A stretch of 64,000 nt of DNA from Bryobacter sp. Its GTDB lineage: Bacteria > Acidobacteriota > Terriglobia > Bryobacterales > Bryobacteraceae. Shown piece after piece: positions 36,001 through 46,900 of this stretch. The number at the start of each line of letters is the position of its first letter. Position 1 is the first letter of the stretch. A program made the position numbers and the translations under genes. Under the pieces are notes generated by a model. That model was not told where the DNA came from. It searched no databases and saw only the letters and a list, made by a program, of their open reading frames with translations. The stretch spans positions 132,138 through 196,137 of the forward strand of contig JBIITX010000001.1 of assembly GCA_044340255.1 (NCBI GenBank), in the 5' to 3' direction.

Positions 36001-38001
36001 ATGCCGAAGCAACGCGAATTGGTGATGACCATTAGTCTCAATGCCCTAGAGCATTTAGGAATCAACCTCTACAGCAACGTACCTGCGGTCTTGTCAGAGA
36101 TCGTCGCTAACGCTTGGGATGCCGATGCGAAGAAGGTGACGGTCACCATCGATAAAGCGGGTGAGACGATTAGCATCCAAGATGACGGTATCGGAATGGA
36201 CCGCGATGGTGTTATTGATCGGTTTCTTACGGTCGGGTACAGACGCCGCGACCAGATGGGCACGGAAACGCAGGCTGGCAGGAAGCCGATGGGCAGGAAG
36301 GGGATCGGCAAGCTGTCGATCTTCTCAATTGCACAAATCGCGGAAGTTTACACTCGAAGCGGCAACGTCAGAACAGCCTTCAGAATGGATAGAGAGGCAA
36401 TTCGAAAGCAGATCGCGCGCACGCCGAACCAACCCTACAAGCCGCAAGAGATACCTGACTGGCCTCCCGATCTGAAGAAAGGTACGCGCATAGTTCTCGC
36501 GAATTTGGCCAAGGGCCTCTCCGGGATGACCATTGAGGGATTGAAGCGTCGGGTCGCTAGACGCTTTTCGATCATCGGGCCACAGTTCGATTTCCAAGTC
36601 GTCGTGAACAACTCAGCCATCGGGCCCGTGGATCGGGGGTACCACAATACTCTTCAGTACCTCTGGACATATGGGCACCAGCAAGAGTTCGTCAAGCTTT
36701 GCAAGAACCTCGAACGTCCTGCCGAAAATCGTTTCCCATCCATCCAGGCCGAACTGAAGAAGGCAGGGATAACCTTGAAAGGCTGGATCGGAACCGTGGC
36801 AAAGCCGGACCAACTGAAAGACGAGGAAGGTGACAACCTTAATCGGTTGGCCGTGTTCATGCGGGGTAAGCTTGCGCAAGAAGACATTCTCGACGAGTTT
36901 GGACAAAAAGAGATTTATGCAGACTATGTGATCGGAGAGCTGCACTGTGAGGAGCTTGACAAGGACACCGAAGGGGACATTGCGACCAGCAGCAGGCAGG
37001 CGCTGAAACAAGATGATCCGAGATTCGAGGCCCTTCGCAAGGTCGTACTCTCCGAACTAAGGCAGGTCGCGAACAAGTGGAGCGATTGGCGTCGCGCCGA
37101 CGGTGTGAAGGTGGCGACTACCGTGCCTGCTGTCTCAAAGTGGCTCGGCGAGCTAAAAGGAGACACGAAAAAGAAGGCCGAAAGATGGATCGGGCGACTG
37201 AATACGATCCGATCTCAAAACGATAACGACAAAAAGGAACTCCTCAAGGCGTCGATTTTGGCATTTGAGAGCTACCGCCGAAAGGAAGAACTTGATCGGC
37301 TTGAGGGCATCAAGGACGAGGGGCTTGACCACATCCTTGACATATTTAGGAACATCGACGACTTGGAACTCAGCTACTATGGCCAAATAGTGCGGCTCCG
37401 AGTCGGAGTCATCAATACCCTCCAAAAAAAGCTGAAGCAGAATGACAAAGAGCTTGTTTTGCGCGACTACATCTTCGACCATCTATGGCTACTTGATCCC
37501 AGTTGGGAGCGAACGAAGGGAACCGAACATGCTGAGACGCTGGTGAGCAACTTCTTGAAGGACAACACCTCATCGCTCAAAGGCAACGAGAAGACCGCAA
37601 GGATCGACATCGGCTACCGCGCAACCGGGGGCAAGCATGTCATCATTGAGCTCAAGCGGGCTTCAGTGAGCGTGCCTGTCGACGACTTGATGAAGCAAGT
37701 CCGCAAGTACCGAGATGGGGCTAAGCGGATTCTGGAAAAGACGACTTACTCGAGTTGGCCAATAGAGATTATTGTACTTCTGGGTACGCCGCCTCCCGAA
37801 TGGACTGATGCAAGCGGGACTGGCGCATCTGGAGTAGCTCAAAGTCTGGCGACGGTCAATGCAAGAATTGTTTTCTACGACGCTCTCCTCACGAATGCTC
37901 AGCAGGCTTACGCTGACTACCTTGAGGAGCATGTAAAGGTTGACAAGCTCTGGGATGTCTTCAAGGCAATCGATGACTTTGCTCCGCAAACGAATACCTG
38001 A
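36001..38001 (+). CDS. GHKL-ATPase + PD-(D/E)xK restriction endonuclease (HgiDII/BbrUII-like)
   Basis: SEIVANAWDADA, IQDDGIGM, GRKGIGKLS; C-terminal RIDIGY...HVIIELKR; starts 1 nt after the MTase stop. Confidence 0.8.
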   Translation: MPKQRELVMTISLNALEHLGINLYSNVPAVLSEIVANAWDADAKKVTVTIDKAGETISIQDDGIGMDRDGVIDRFLTVGYRRRDQMGTETQAGRKPMGRKGIGKLSIFSIAQIAEVYTRSGNVRTAFRMDREAIRKQIARTPNQPYKPQEIPDWPPDLKKGTRIVLANLAKGLSGMTIEGLKRRVARRFSIIGPQFDFQVVVNNSAIGPVDRGYHNTLQYLWTYGHQQEFVKLCKNLERPAENRFPSIQAELKKAGITLKGWIGTVAKPDQLKDEEGDNLNRLAVFMRGKLAQEDILDEFGQKEIYADYVIGELHCEELDKDTEGDIATSSRQALKQDDPRFEALRKVVLSELRQVANKWSDWRRADGVKVATTVPAVSKWLGELKGDTKKKAERWIGRLNTIRSQNDNDKKELLKASILAFESYRRKEELDRLEGIKDEGLDHILDIFRNIDDLELSYYGQIVRLRVGVINTLQKKLKQNDKELVLRDYIFDHLWLLDPSWERTKGTEHAETLVSNFLKDNTSSLKGNEKTARIDIGYRATGGKHVIIELKRASVSVPVDDLMKQVRKYRDGAKRILEKTTYSSWPIEIIVLLGTPPPEWTDASGTGASGVAQSLATVNARIVFYDALLTNAQQAYADYLEEHVKVDKLWDVFKAIDDFAPQTNT

Positions 38002-38107
38002 TGTCGATCCACTGAACGGGGGACGGGGGGAAGGGGGGACAGCCGCGTCAGTTTGCGCTGTCCAAACCAACATAGAAGGTAGCCGCCATTTTCGGTGGTA
38101 ATGTAGA

Positions 38108-38204
38108 CTTCCTTCTGCAAAGTCTTTTGACCGGGATCGCCGACCACCAAACCGGAAGGCGAGAAACTTCGCAAGACGGGTCTTGGGGCTCACTTACGAT
38201 AGAG
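38108..38204 (+). repeat. Degenerate ~100-bp repeat, copy A
   Basis: CTTC.TTC.GCAA..TCTTTTGACCG.GATC..CGACCACCAA...AACTTC.CAA.A.GG.TCTTGGGGC..ACTT.CGA.TAGAG shared with 38345-38442. Confidence 0.8.
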
Positions 38205-38344
38205 ATCTAGCCTTTTCATGCAAGGTGTCTGGTTCAGGCTGCAACCTGCGATTAAGGCCGGGATGCAGTGGGGACAGCCACCTCAGGCAGCTCCGTCCCA
38301 AACTGATTTAGAAGCTAGCTGCAATTTTTCGGGTGAAGTACAAT

Positions 38345-38450
38345 CTTCTTTCCGCAAGTTCTTTTGACCGCGATCATCGACCACCAAGGCGTCAAGGGAG
38401 GAACTTCCCAAAAAGGATCTTGGGGCCAACTTCCGACTAGAGCGTGATTC
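38345..38450 (+). repeat. Degenerate ~100-bp repeat, copy B
   Basis: Aligns with copy A over its length and with 32117-32150 at its 3' end. Confidence 0.8.
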
Positions 38451-38511
38451 GACCCAGGCCTCAAAGATCGTGCGGCCGATAACGCCGACATCGGATACTA
38501 ATAATGATCAT

Positions 38512-39477
38512 ATGCAGCTACCTCAAACGCCCGACACCGACAAAACCGGCGATCTCGCCGTTTCCTTATGCCAAGTGGCATTTGAGAAGAGGGACTGCAA
38601 GTTCCGTCGACAGGACGGAAGGAGTGATTTTGGGATCGATGCCGAGATTGAGATTGTAGAAAAGAATTGCGTTACAGGCCGGATTCTAAAGGCCCAAGTG
38701 AAGGGCCAAGAAAAGACCAAATGGTCGGAGAGCGGCAACGTTCATATACCAGTATCCGTCACTACCTACAATTTGTGGAAAGCCCTTCCGGTACCCATAA
38801 TCGCCCTTCTATGCGATATAGAAACTGAATCCATCTACTGGAGTTTGCCGCTAGCATGGGTTCCGAAACAGTCCGCAGATACGATTTCGTTGCGCTTTGA
38901 TAAAGATCAATCGATTGAAAAAAGTTTTGACCTACTCATGAGCTTCCTAAAGTCATGGTTTAGTGCATTCTCTCAAGAAAACATCTTAAGGGAAGTACCT
39001 TATTTCCATACTGTCTACACAGAACTTGGTGAGACTGTGGGATGGGGCGACCCGTGGTCGATGCTGGATGACGAAACGGACACAAAATGTCGTCTCTTTT
39101 ATAACCACCTCATCCAGCTTCGCTTGCGGCTTGGGCTGTCGTGCGCGGATATACCAGCCATTGATGACTGGTATATCCGAAGCGCTGCCACTTGGAAAGA
39201 TACTGGACAGTTGTACTCCGGAACCTTCTCGGAGCTCTTGCCAACTGTTCAACCGTACTACGAGGAAGCAATCGCCTTGCTGCGCAAACGTGTACACAAA
39301 GCGCAATCTGTTTACGAAAATCAAGAGTTGCGCAATATGTTTGCACGACTCGATGGGCACCCCTCGGTAAGATATCTTGACCCGCGCATTAATAGTCTGG
39401 AGTTCGCACGTGATTTTGATGAGCGCCTGAGGAAACTCGGGCTTCTTAGATATCCCCAGGTGGGCGAAAACAAGTAG
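38512..39477 (+). CDS. Second DUF4365-domain protein
   Basis: SDFGIDAEIEIV...TGRILKAQVKG...YNLWKALPVPII...IYW. Confidence 0.85.
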   Translation: MQLPQTPDTDKTGDLAVSLCQVAFEKRDCKFRRQDGRSDFGIDAEIEIVEKNCVTGRILKAQVKGQEKTKWSESGNVHIPVSVTTYNLWKALPVPIIALLCDIETESIYWSLPLAWVPKQSADTISLRFDKDQSIEKSFDLLMSFLKSWFSAFSQENILREVPYFHTVYTELGETVGWGDPWSMLDDETDTKCRLFYNHLIQLRLRLGLSCADIPAIDDWYIRSAATWKDTGQLYSGTFSELLPTVQPYYEEAIALLRKRVHKAQSVYENQELRNMFARLDGHPSVRYLDPRINSLEFARDFDERLRKLGLLRYPQVGENK

Positions 39478-39650
39478 ACGGTCCCTCACTCTTACACCGA
39501 TTATCTGCTCTAGAGAGATTCGTACACATCGGCCCAGATCCTTCCGAGTGGATTGTCGGCGATAGGTCAATTGGCCAATTGCTCGTGACTCGCCTGGAAC
39601 CTGATTGGGATTTGTTGCGGTCGTGCTGCTGGTTTAGCGTCCCGTAGCTG

Positions 39651-39998
39651 TCAGGGGGCCAGGACATATATCCAGGCATCGAGTTCGCCGAAGGTTGTGC
39701 TGACTCGCGCGATGACACGGCGGTAACCTGGACCTTCGAAGTCGTCGAGGCGGGGCCAGTGGTGAGGCAGTTCCTCTGACTCGAAGACGTGGACCTCAAT
39801 CTCAGTTCCAGCGGGATTGAGGATCAGGCCGGGGAAGCCCAAGGCAGTGCCCCAGCCGGCTTCTTTCAGGTTGCCCCGAACGGTGCCGCGGAACCAGCCC
39901 CCTTGTAACGTCGCAAGCTGGTTGTTGTTGACACGGCCAGGGGCCAGGCTGCCGTAGACTGCCAAGCGCTTGTCTGGTTGTTGCTCGAGATTCCACAT
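39651..39998 (-). CDS. Gamma-glutamylcyclotransferase (AIG2-like)
   Basis: LAVYGSLAPG, G.VRG, WPRLDDFEGPGYRR, AWIY. Confidence 0.88.
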   Translation of the reverse strand: MWNLEQQPDKRLAVYGSLAPGRVNNNQLATLQGGWFRGTVRGNLKEAGWGTALGFPGLILNPAGTEIEVHVFESEELPHHWPRLDDFEGPGYRRVIARVSTTFGELDAWIYVLAP

Positions 39999-40197
39999 GG
40001 CAAACGAACAGGCTAGCGCAGGTTGCCCTGACGCTTTGCTTGCTCGACTATTGCTGTCTGGTCAGCTGGATTGCTGGTTGTTCGGGCTAAGGCCTTTGTG
40101 GTGTTTGTTGGCGGGAAATTTACCCAGTAGCGGTGCGGCGACTGGGGGGATCTGGTACAAGTTGTTGCAGGCTTATTTGTGAAAAGGATTTCGCGCC

Positions 40198-42330
40198 ATG
40201 CTCATCAACCGCTCGCTGATTGAAGACTCTGCCAAGAGATTGAATTTTTCGCCGTCCAAGCTGGATCAAGCTCTGGGGGATGGACCGCTGGAGCTGACGC
40301 CGACGCAGAGGACGAAGCGCTTTCGGCAAGTGATTGAGGAGAACGATAGCGCCGAGAATGCGAGCCTGGCGCTGGAGCGGATTGTTGGTGGCAATGACCT
40401 GATGGGGATTAATTACCTATCAAGAGGGATGGCCGCTTCGCGGCCGGTTTGCCGGATACAGCTGAAGGACGGGAATTCGCGGTTGCTCGGTTATGCGACG
40501 GGGTTTCTGATTGGGCCCGGGGTGTTGATTACCAACCACCATGTGTTTGGTGTGGCCAGTGACGCCGTGAACTCGGTGCTCGACTTTGATTACGAGCAGG
40601 ACCTAGGGGGTAAGGATCGGCCGATGGTGCAGTTTGGGCTGGAACCGAATCGATTCTTCTATGCCAATCAGAAGCTGGATTTTGCGGTTTGTGCGGTGCG
40701 GCCACGGTCGGTGGATGGGGCGCGGGAGTTGAAGGATTATGGTTGGCTGTTTCTCGATGGGGAACCGGGCAAGGCGGATCTTGGGGAGTATCTGACGATC
40801 ATTCAACATCCGGCAGGACAGAAGAAACAGATCTGTGTGCGTGAAAACAAGCTGCTGAAGTTTGAAACGGATACGTTGTGGTACATGACGGATACGCTAG
40901 GTGGGTCGTCGGGTTCGCCGGCGTTCAATCGGTTCTGGCAGGTGGTGGCGTTGCATCACAGCGGGGTGCCGAAGACGAATTCGAAGGGGCAGTGGCTGAC
41001 ACGTGATGGACGGGTGTGGAGCCAGGGAATGGATGAGTCGCTGGTGGACTGGATTGCGAATGAAGGGATTCGCGTCAGCTCGATTGTGAAGGATCTGAAG
41101 GCAAGGTTTGCGACGAATGCGGTGGTGAAGGCGGCGCTGGAGGCGGGGCCGTTCCCGGTGGTGGAGTCTGCGGGTATTGGCGGGACGCAAGGTGTGCCCA
41201 GCCGGACTGATGTGTGGGTGGAGCAGGACGGGAATCAGGCGCGGCTGGTGGTGCCGGTGCGGATTCCGATTGATCTGGTGCAAACGTCTTTGGGGGCTTT
41301 TGTTTCGGGTCCGCGGGGGAGCGAAGAGCCGGTGCCGGTGGGGGGGGATGGGGCGGGGTCGCTGGTGGAGGCGGTGAAGATTGATCAGTCGACACTGGGA
41401 TCGCGGCCGGGGTATCGAGCGAATTTTCTGGGTAGCGGGAAGTTGTCGGTGCCGCTGCCGGGGATTCCGGCTTCGCTGAAGGCGAAGGTTGCGATGCTGA
41501 AGGGTAAGCCGGGCGAGATGGAGTTGAAGTATTTCAACTACAGCGTGGTGATGAATAAGGAACGGAAGCTGGCGTTCTTTGCGGCGGTGAATATTGATGG
41601 GGGGTTGCAGCAGGCGGTGGGCAAGCGCGAGGGCGATTCGTGGTTGCGAGACCCGCGGATTGAGGCGAGCGCTCAGGTAGGGGAAGAGTATTACGGGAAA
41701 CAGAGCAAGTTTGAGGCGGACCGGACGAAGAATCCGTTTGACCGGGGGCATCTGGTGCGGCGGCTGGATGCGACGTGGGGTGCGACGGTGGCAGAGGCGA
41801 AGCGGAATGGGGATGATTCCTTTCACTTCACGAACTGTTCGCCGCAGTTCTTTAAGTTCAATCAGGGAGCGAAGCTTTGGCTGGGATTGGAAGAGTTTGT
41901 GTTGCGGCAGGCGGTGGATGGGCAGAGTAAGTTGAGTGTGTTCAATGGGCCGATCTTTGACGGGCCGTTGGCGCCGGCAGGTAAGTTGCCGAAGCCTGCG
42001 GGGAAGAAGTCGGCGGACCCGAAGTTTGGGGGATTGCCGATCCCGAAGTTTTTCTGGAAGGTGATGATTGCGGCCAAGGGTGGGAAGCTGGCGGCATCGG
42101 CTTATCTGCTGAGTCAGCAGGATCATGTGTTGGGGATTGACCGTGTGAAGGAGGCTGACCTGCTGGAGGTGCTGAGTGCGGCGGAGGCGAGAGTGTTCCA
42201 GATTTCGATTGCGGATCTGGCGAAGATGAGCGGGTTGAACTTTGGAAGCCTGGCGGCGGCGGACACGATGGTGAAGGCTGCTAGTGGGCCGAGGGAGATT
42301 GTGGTGGTGGAGGAGATTGATTTGATATAA
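40198..42330 (+). CDS. Trypsin-like serine protease fused to DNA/RNA non-specific (NucA/EndoG-type) endonuclease
   Basis: TGFLIG...LITNHHV, LDFAV, GGSSGSP, VVALHH; nuclease FDRGHLVRR, HFTNCSPQ...NQ...W.GLE. Confidence 0.9.
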   Translation: MLINRSLIEDSAKRLNFSPSKLDQALGDGPLELTPTQRTKRFRQVIEENDSAENASLALERIVGGNDLMGINYLSRGMAASRPVCRIQLKDGNSRLLGYATGFLIGPGVLITNHHVFGVASDAVNSVLDFDYEQDLGGKDRPMVQFGLEPNRFFYANQKLDFAVCAVRPRSVDGARELKDYGWLFLDGEPGKADLGEYLTIIQHPAGQKKQICVRENKLLKFETDTLWYMTDTLGGSSGSPAFNRFWQVVALHHSGVPKTNSKGQWLTRDGRVWSQGMDESLVDWIANEGIRVSSIVKDLKARFATNAVVKAALEAGPFPVVESAGIGGTQGVPSRTDVWVEQDGNQARLVVPVRIPIDLVQTSLGAFVSGPRGSEEPVPVGGDGAGSLVEAVKIDQSTLGSRPGYRANFLGSGKLSVPLPGIPASLKAKVAMLKGKPGEMELKYFNYSVVMNKERKLAFFAAVNIDGGLQQAVGKREGDSWLRDPRIEASAQVGEEYYGKQSKFEADRTKNPFDRGHLVRRLDATWGATVAEAKRNGDDSFHFTNCSPQFFKFNQGAKLWLGLEEFVLRQAVDGQSKLSVFNGPIFDGPLAPAGKLPKPAGKKSADPKFGGLPIPKFFWKVMIAAKGGKLAASAYLLSQQDHVLGIDRVKEADLLEVLSAAEARVFQISIADLAKMSGLNFGSLAAADTMVKAASGPREIVVVEEIDLI

Positions 42331-42339
42331 GTACCAGAT

Positions 42340-43269
42340 ATGACGATGTTAGTTTCGATGTTAGTGGTGCTGGCGCAGGACCCGGCAGCGATGATTGCGC
42401 AGGCGAAGGCGTCTGATACGACCGGGATGGTGATCCTGCGGGGTGGGCAGACGGTGGTGGAGTATGAGCCGACGAAGAAGGGGCATGTGCAATCGGTATC
42501 GAAGGTGATGCTGAGTCTGGCGGCGGGGTGTTTGCAGACGGATGGGAAGCTGCCGAATCTGGATGTGACGCTGGGGGAGGTGTTGCCCCGGTTGAAGGGG
42601 GATGTGAAGGAGAAGGTGACGTTGCGGCAATTGATGTCGCATGTGTCGGGGGTGGCGCACCTGAAGAATGAGAAGGGGCAGAACAGCGAGGAGTTTAAGC
42701 GGGTGAAGGATACGCGGGCGTATGCGCTGGGGCGTGGGCTGGAGAGTGAGCCGGGGAAGAAGTGGTTTTACAACAACACGGGGATGATTTTGACGGTGAT
42801 GATGATTGAGGCGATTGCGGGGGAGCCGCTGCCGAAATATCTGGAGCGGCGGCTACTTGGGCCGATGGGGGTGAAGCCGCAGGGGTGGATGAAGGATGGG
42901 GCAGGGAATGTGTATGGGTACATGGGGTTGGGGATTGGGGCGGGGGATCTGGCGAAGCTGGGGCAGCTGGTGCTGGATGAGGGGAAGTGGCAGGGGAAGC
43001 AACTGATTTCGGCGGAGTATATGAGGTTGTCGACGAGGACGGCGGCGTTTGCGGAGGTGAAGGGGGGGCAGGGGCTGGTGTGGAGGTTTCAGGAGGGAAG
43101 GCCTGCGGAGAAGGTGCCGACGGTGATCCAGCATAGTGGGGATGGGGGGAGCTGGCTGGTGGTGTTTCCGGAGTGGGGTGTGGTGGCGACGCGGGTGAGG
43201 GTGTCGGATAAGGACGACCCTTTGGATTTTCCGAATATGGTGTATGAGCAGATGAGGAAGAAGGATTGA
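42340..43269 (+). CDS. Serine hydrolase (beta-lactamase family)
   Basis: QSVSK (SxxK), FYNN (YxN), HSGDGG. Confidence 0.85.
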   Translation: MTMLVSMLVVLAQDPAAMIAQAKASDTTGMVILRGGQTVVEYEPTKKGHVQSVSKVMLSLAAGCLQTDGKLPNLDVTLGEVLPRLKGDVKEKVTLRQLMSHVSGVAHLKNEKGQNSEEFKRVKDTRAYALGRGLESEPGKKWFYNNTGMILTVMMIEAIAGEPLPKYLERRLLGPMGVKPQGWMKDGAGNVYGYMGLGIGAGDLAKLGQLVLDEGKWQGKQLISAEYMRLSTRTAAFAEVKGGQGLVWRFQEGRPAEKVPTVIQHSGDGGSWLVVFPEWGVVATRVRVSDKDDPLDFPNMVYEQMRKKD

Positions 43270-43375
43270 GCTAGGCGTTGGATTGTGGTTGGAGGGGCCA
43301 GAAGACTGCGGTGGGCGTGAGAAGGGGGATTGGCGGCCCGGGTTTGCAGGGTCTGTAGCCTGTTGGGCCAGTTCT

Positions 43376-43774
43376 TCACGCGGCGGCCCTGGTGCGCCTG
43401 ACATGAACGAAACCGCCGAGTGCAGCGGCGGGGAAGGAGAGGGCTGCGATTACGAGCCACTGGGTGGGGGAGGCGAGTTCCGGCATGGATTGCATGGCGA
43501 AAAGAGTCATGCCGCTTTGGAGAGCGCCCATGACGATGGCGTGGTGGAGGGGGCGTTTGGGGGCAAGCCTGGCGCAGACATAGCCGCCGAGAGCAACGCA
43601 AAGCATGCTGTAGGCGAGGGTGGCGTTTCTGACTCCGGGATGGCGGGCGAGGGCGGCTTCATCGGGCAGGCCGAGGAGGCGCATGAGGATCGGGTTTGCT
43701 GCGGCCTCAATGGCGAATGAGGTGATGCTGAGGGTGAGGATGCCGGCGAGGACGGCGAGGATGCTTTGCCACAT
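43376..43774 (-). CDS. Small integral membrane protein
   Basis: Four hydrophobic segments; GGYVCARLAP motif. Confidence 0.7.
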   Translation of the reverse strand: MWQSILAVLAGILTLSITSFAIEAAANPILMRLLGLPDEAALARHPGVRNATLAYSMLCVALGGYVCARLAPKRPLHHAIVMGALQSGMTLFAMQSMPELASPTQWLVIAALSFPAAALGGFVHVRRTRAAA

Positions 43775-43917
43775 GCGATTAGTGTAGCGGTGGGCGAGAA
43801 GCGACTCTTGATGTTTCTTGCGGATTTTCTTGACGGTGGCCTTTTGCAATTGTGGCGGGCGTGTTATAGAATCGGCCCGATCGTGATTCAAAATTCACAC
43901 TGTCTTGGAGGATTCTA

Positions 43918-46900
43918 GTGAAGATACATTCAACAGCCAAGTTGGCTGGGGCCATGGCACTGTTTGCCGCTAGCATTTGGGCACAGTCGTTTACTGGGGG
44001 CATTCGCGGCGTAGTGGCCGATGATTCGGGAGCGCTGGTTGGAGGAGCGAAGATCGTTGTCACCGATCAGGATCGCGGCACCTCTTTACGTTCAGAGGCC
44101 GATAGCGCGGGACGCTATGTGATTACGGCGTTGCCGCCTGGAAATTATGTACTGACGGCGGAAGCGCCGGGCTTCAAGAAGTTTTCGAGTGGCAAGTTTG
44201 TGGTTGCGGTGCAGCAGCAAATCACGATTGATGCGCGGCTGCAGGTGGGTGATGTGAACACGACGGTGGAAGTCAGTGGATCGGCTGCGCTGGTGAATAC
44301 GACGATTGCGAACCTTGGGCAGGTGATTGACAACGATACGATTTTGAAGCTGCCTAACCTGGCTCGTAATTCGTTGAGCCTGGCGTATCTGACGCCGGGT
44401 GTGGTTGGGTCTGGTGGACGCCGCGGCGATAACAATACGAACTTTGTGGCCAATGGGTCGCGGAATTCGACGTCTGACGTGCTGGTGGATGGTGTGACGG
44501 TAACGACGGTGGAACAGAACTCCGGTGTTACGGATCTGAAGTTCTCGCCCTCGATCGACGTGGTGCAGGAATTCAAGATTCAGACGAACTTCTTTTCGGC
44601 GGAATTTGGACAGACGGGTGGGGCGGTGGTGAATATGGTGACGCGATCTGGCACCAATGCATTTCATGGCACCGGGTATTATTTTTTGCGTGACGCAGCG
44701 CTGAATGCGAATGACTGGTTTTCGAATCGTGCGGGTCGTGCGATCCCGGCCTTTCACCGCGACCAATACGGTGGGGTGCTGGGTGGCCCTGTGATCAAGA
44801 ACAAGACCTTCTTTTTTGGAGCTTACGAATACACGAAGCAGGAAAGCCCGACATCGAGTTTGATCAGTGTGCCGACCAATCTGCAACGGGCTGGGAATTT
44901 CTCGCAGACCTTCAATGCGGCTGGTCAGCTGATGCAGTTGTTTGACCCGTTTGCTACGACGACTTCGGCCAATGGCACGATTACGCGGCAACCGATCCCG
45001 GGCAATATCCTCCCGGCATCGAGCTTGGATCCCGTGGCAGTGAAGGCACTGTCCTTTTTGCCGACGTCGAATCAGGCCGGAGCGGCATTTACGAATACGG
45101 CCAACTGGTTTGGGCAGGGCATCAATCAGAGCACGGCGCACCAATCGACGGTCAAGATGGATCACAACTTCAACGCGAACAACCGCTTTAGCGCACGCTG
45201 GAGCAATAGCCGGGGCAATGGTCAGAATCCGAACCTGTTTGGGGAAGGCAACCCTTCTTACTTTACTGGCGGCGTGAACGGGACCAATACGCAGTCGGTG
45301 GTAGGTGACTATACACACGTTGCGAACGCGACCACGCTGTTTACGTTCCGCTATGGGTGGACTTATTCTGACTTCTTCCGGAATCCGTTCTTTGATAGTT
45401 TTGACCCGACGAGCCTTGGCTTTGCGTCGAATATCAAAACGAATGCAACGAACCTGGTGTTTCCGCGCTTCCGGCCGGAGGGCTTCCAGGAATTTGGTAC
45501 GGAAGGCTTCTGGATCATGGACCGCGAGGAGGGTGTGCACCACTGGGCTGGTGCGATGACGAAAATCCTTGGCGGCCACAATATCAAGGTGGGCGGTGAG
45601 CGACGGTTCAATCAGCTTGACTACCTGCAGCCGGGCTTCCCCTCGGGTGGGTATTCGTTTGGCCGTGGTATCACTTGCCTTGATCGCTTCACCTGCCCTG
45701 GCAATCAGGGGAACGGGCTGGCGACGATGTTGCTGGGCTGGACCTCAGGCAGCGACTACCATATTGAACCGAAGGCTTTCTCGCGCTCGGCATACTGGGG
45801 CTTTTACTTCCAGGACGACTGGAAGGTTTCACGCAAGCTGACGATCAACCTTGGTTTGCGCTATGACTTCGACGTTCCGCGCTGGGAAGTGCAGGACCGC
45901 TATAGTTATTGGGACCTCAATGCACAGAGTTCGGTGCGTGCTCCCGGCTATGACACGCGTGGCGTGATCAAGTTTGTAGACAAGGACAACCGCTCGCCCT
46001 TTGATGCGGATATGAATAACTGGCAGCCTCGCGTTGGCCTGGCGTATGCGGCGAATTCGAAGACGGCGATCCGGGCTGGTTATGGGTTGTTCTACACGCT
46101 GAGCCGGGCGACGGTGTTTGGCCGTCCTGGAACTGGATTCACGATCAACTCGCCCGCCATCTGGACGCTTGACTCGAATGCGACGCTGAGCGCCCGACTG
46201 AACAATCCGTTCCCGAATGGTGTGCTGTTGCCGCCGGGACGCAGCCAGGGCGATGACACGTTTCTTGGCTTTGGCACGGGCACGATTGTGCGGGAAAACA
46301 ATCGCAACCCGGAGTATCACTCCTGGAACTTTTCGATCCAGCGGGAATTGCCGCTGCGCTCGGTGTTGGAGTTGAACTACACGGGGAGCCGCGGTACGCA
46401 TCTCTTTATGCCGATTACGACGCTGTCGCCGCTGCACCCCAACGACTGGACGCGCGGTCGCAATGCTCTGAACGGGCTGGTGACGAATCCGTTCTTTGGT
46501 CAGATTCGCGATACCCGCTCGGTTTACTCGCAGCCCACTGTGCAATTGCAGCGTTTGCTGCGCCCGATGCCGCACTTTGCCGGAACCAGCGTTGGTACGG
46601 CGGAGCCGGCGCGTGGCGACTCCAACTATCACGCACTCCAGATCAAGTGGGAGAAGCGCTATAGCTCCGGGTTGACCTTCCTGGGACACTACACGTGGTC
46701 CAAGATGATCGACAACGTTTCCCATACTTCGGGCAATGTGTCGTGGCTTGGCGGTTCGACGAACATCCAGAACATTTGGGATTTGCGTGGGGAGCGTGCG
46801 CTGTCGGCCCATGACATTGCGAGCCGTATTGTTTTGACGGGAGCCTATGAATTGCCTTTCGGCAACGGTCGCAAGTTTGCTTCGCGGATGCCGAAGGTGT

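Noticed and set aside
38108-38450. CRISPR array
   Set aside because: Only two long degenerate copies about 240 bp apart, no regular repeat-spacer period, and no cas genes.
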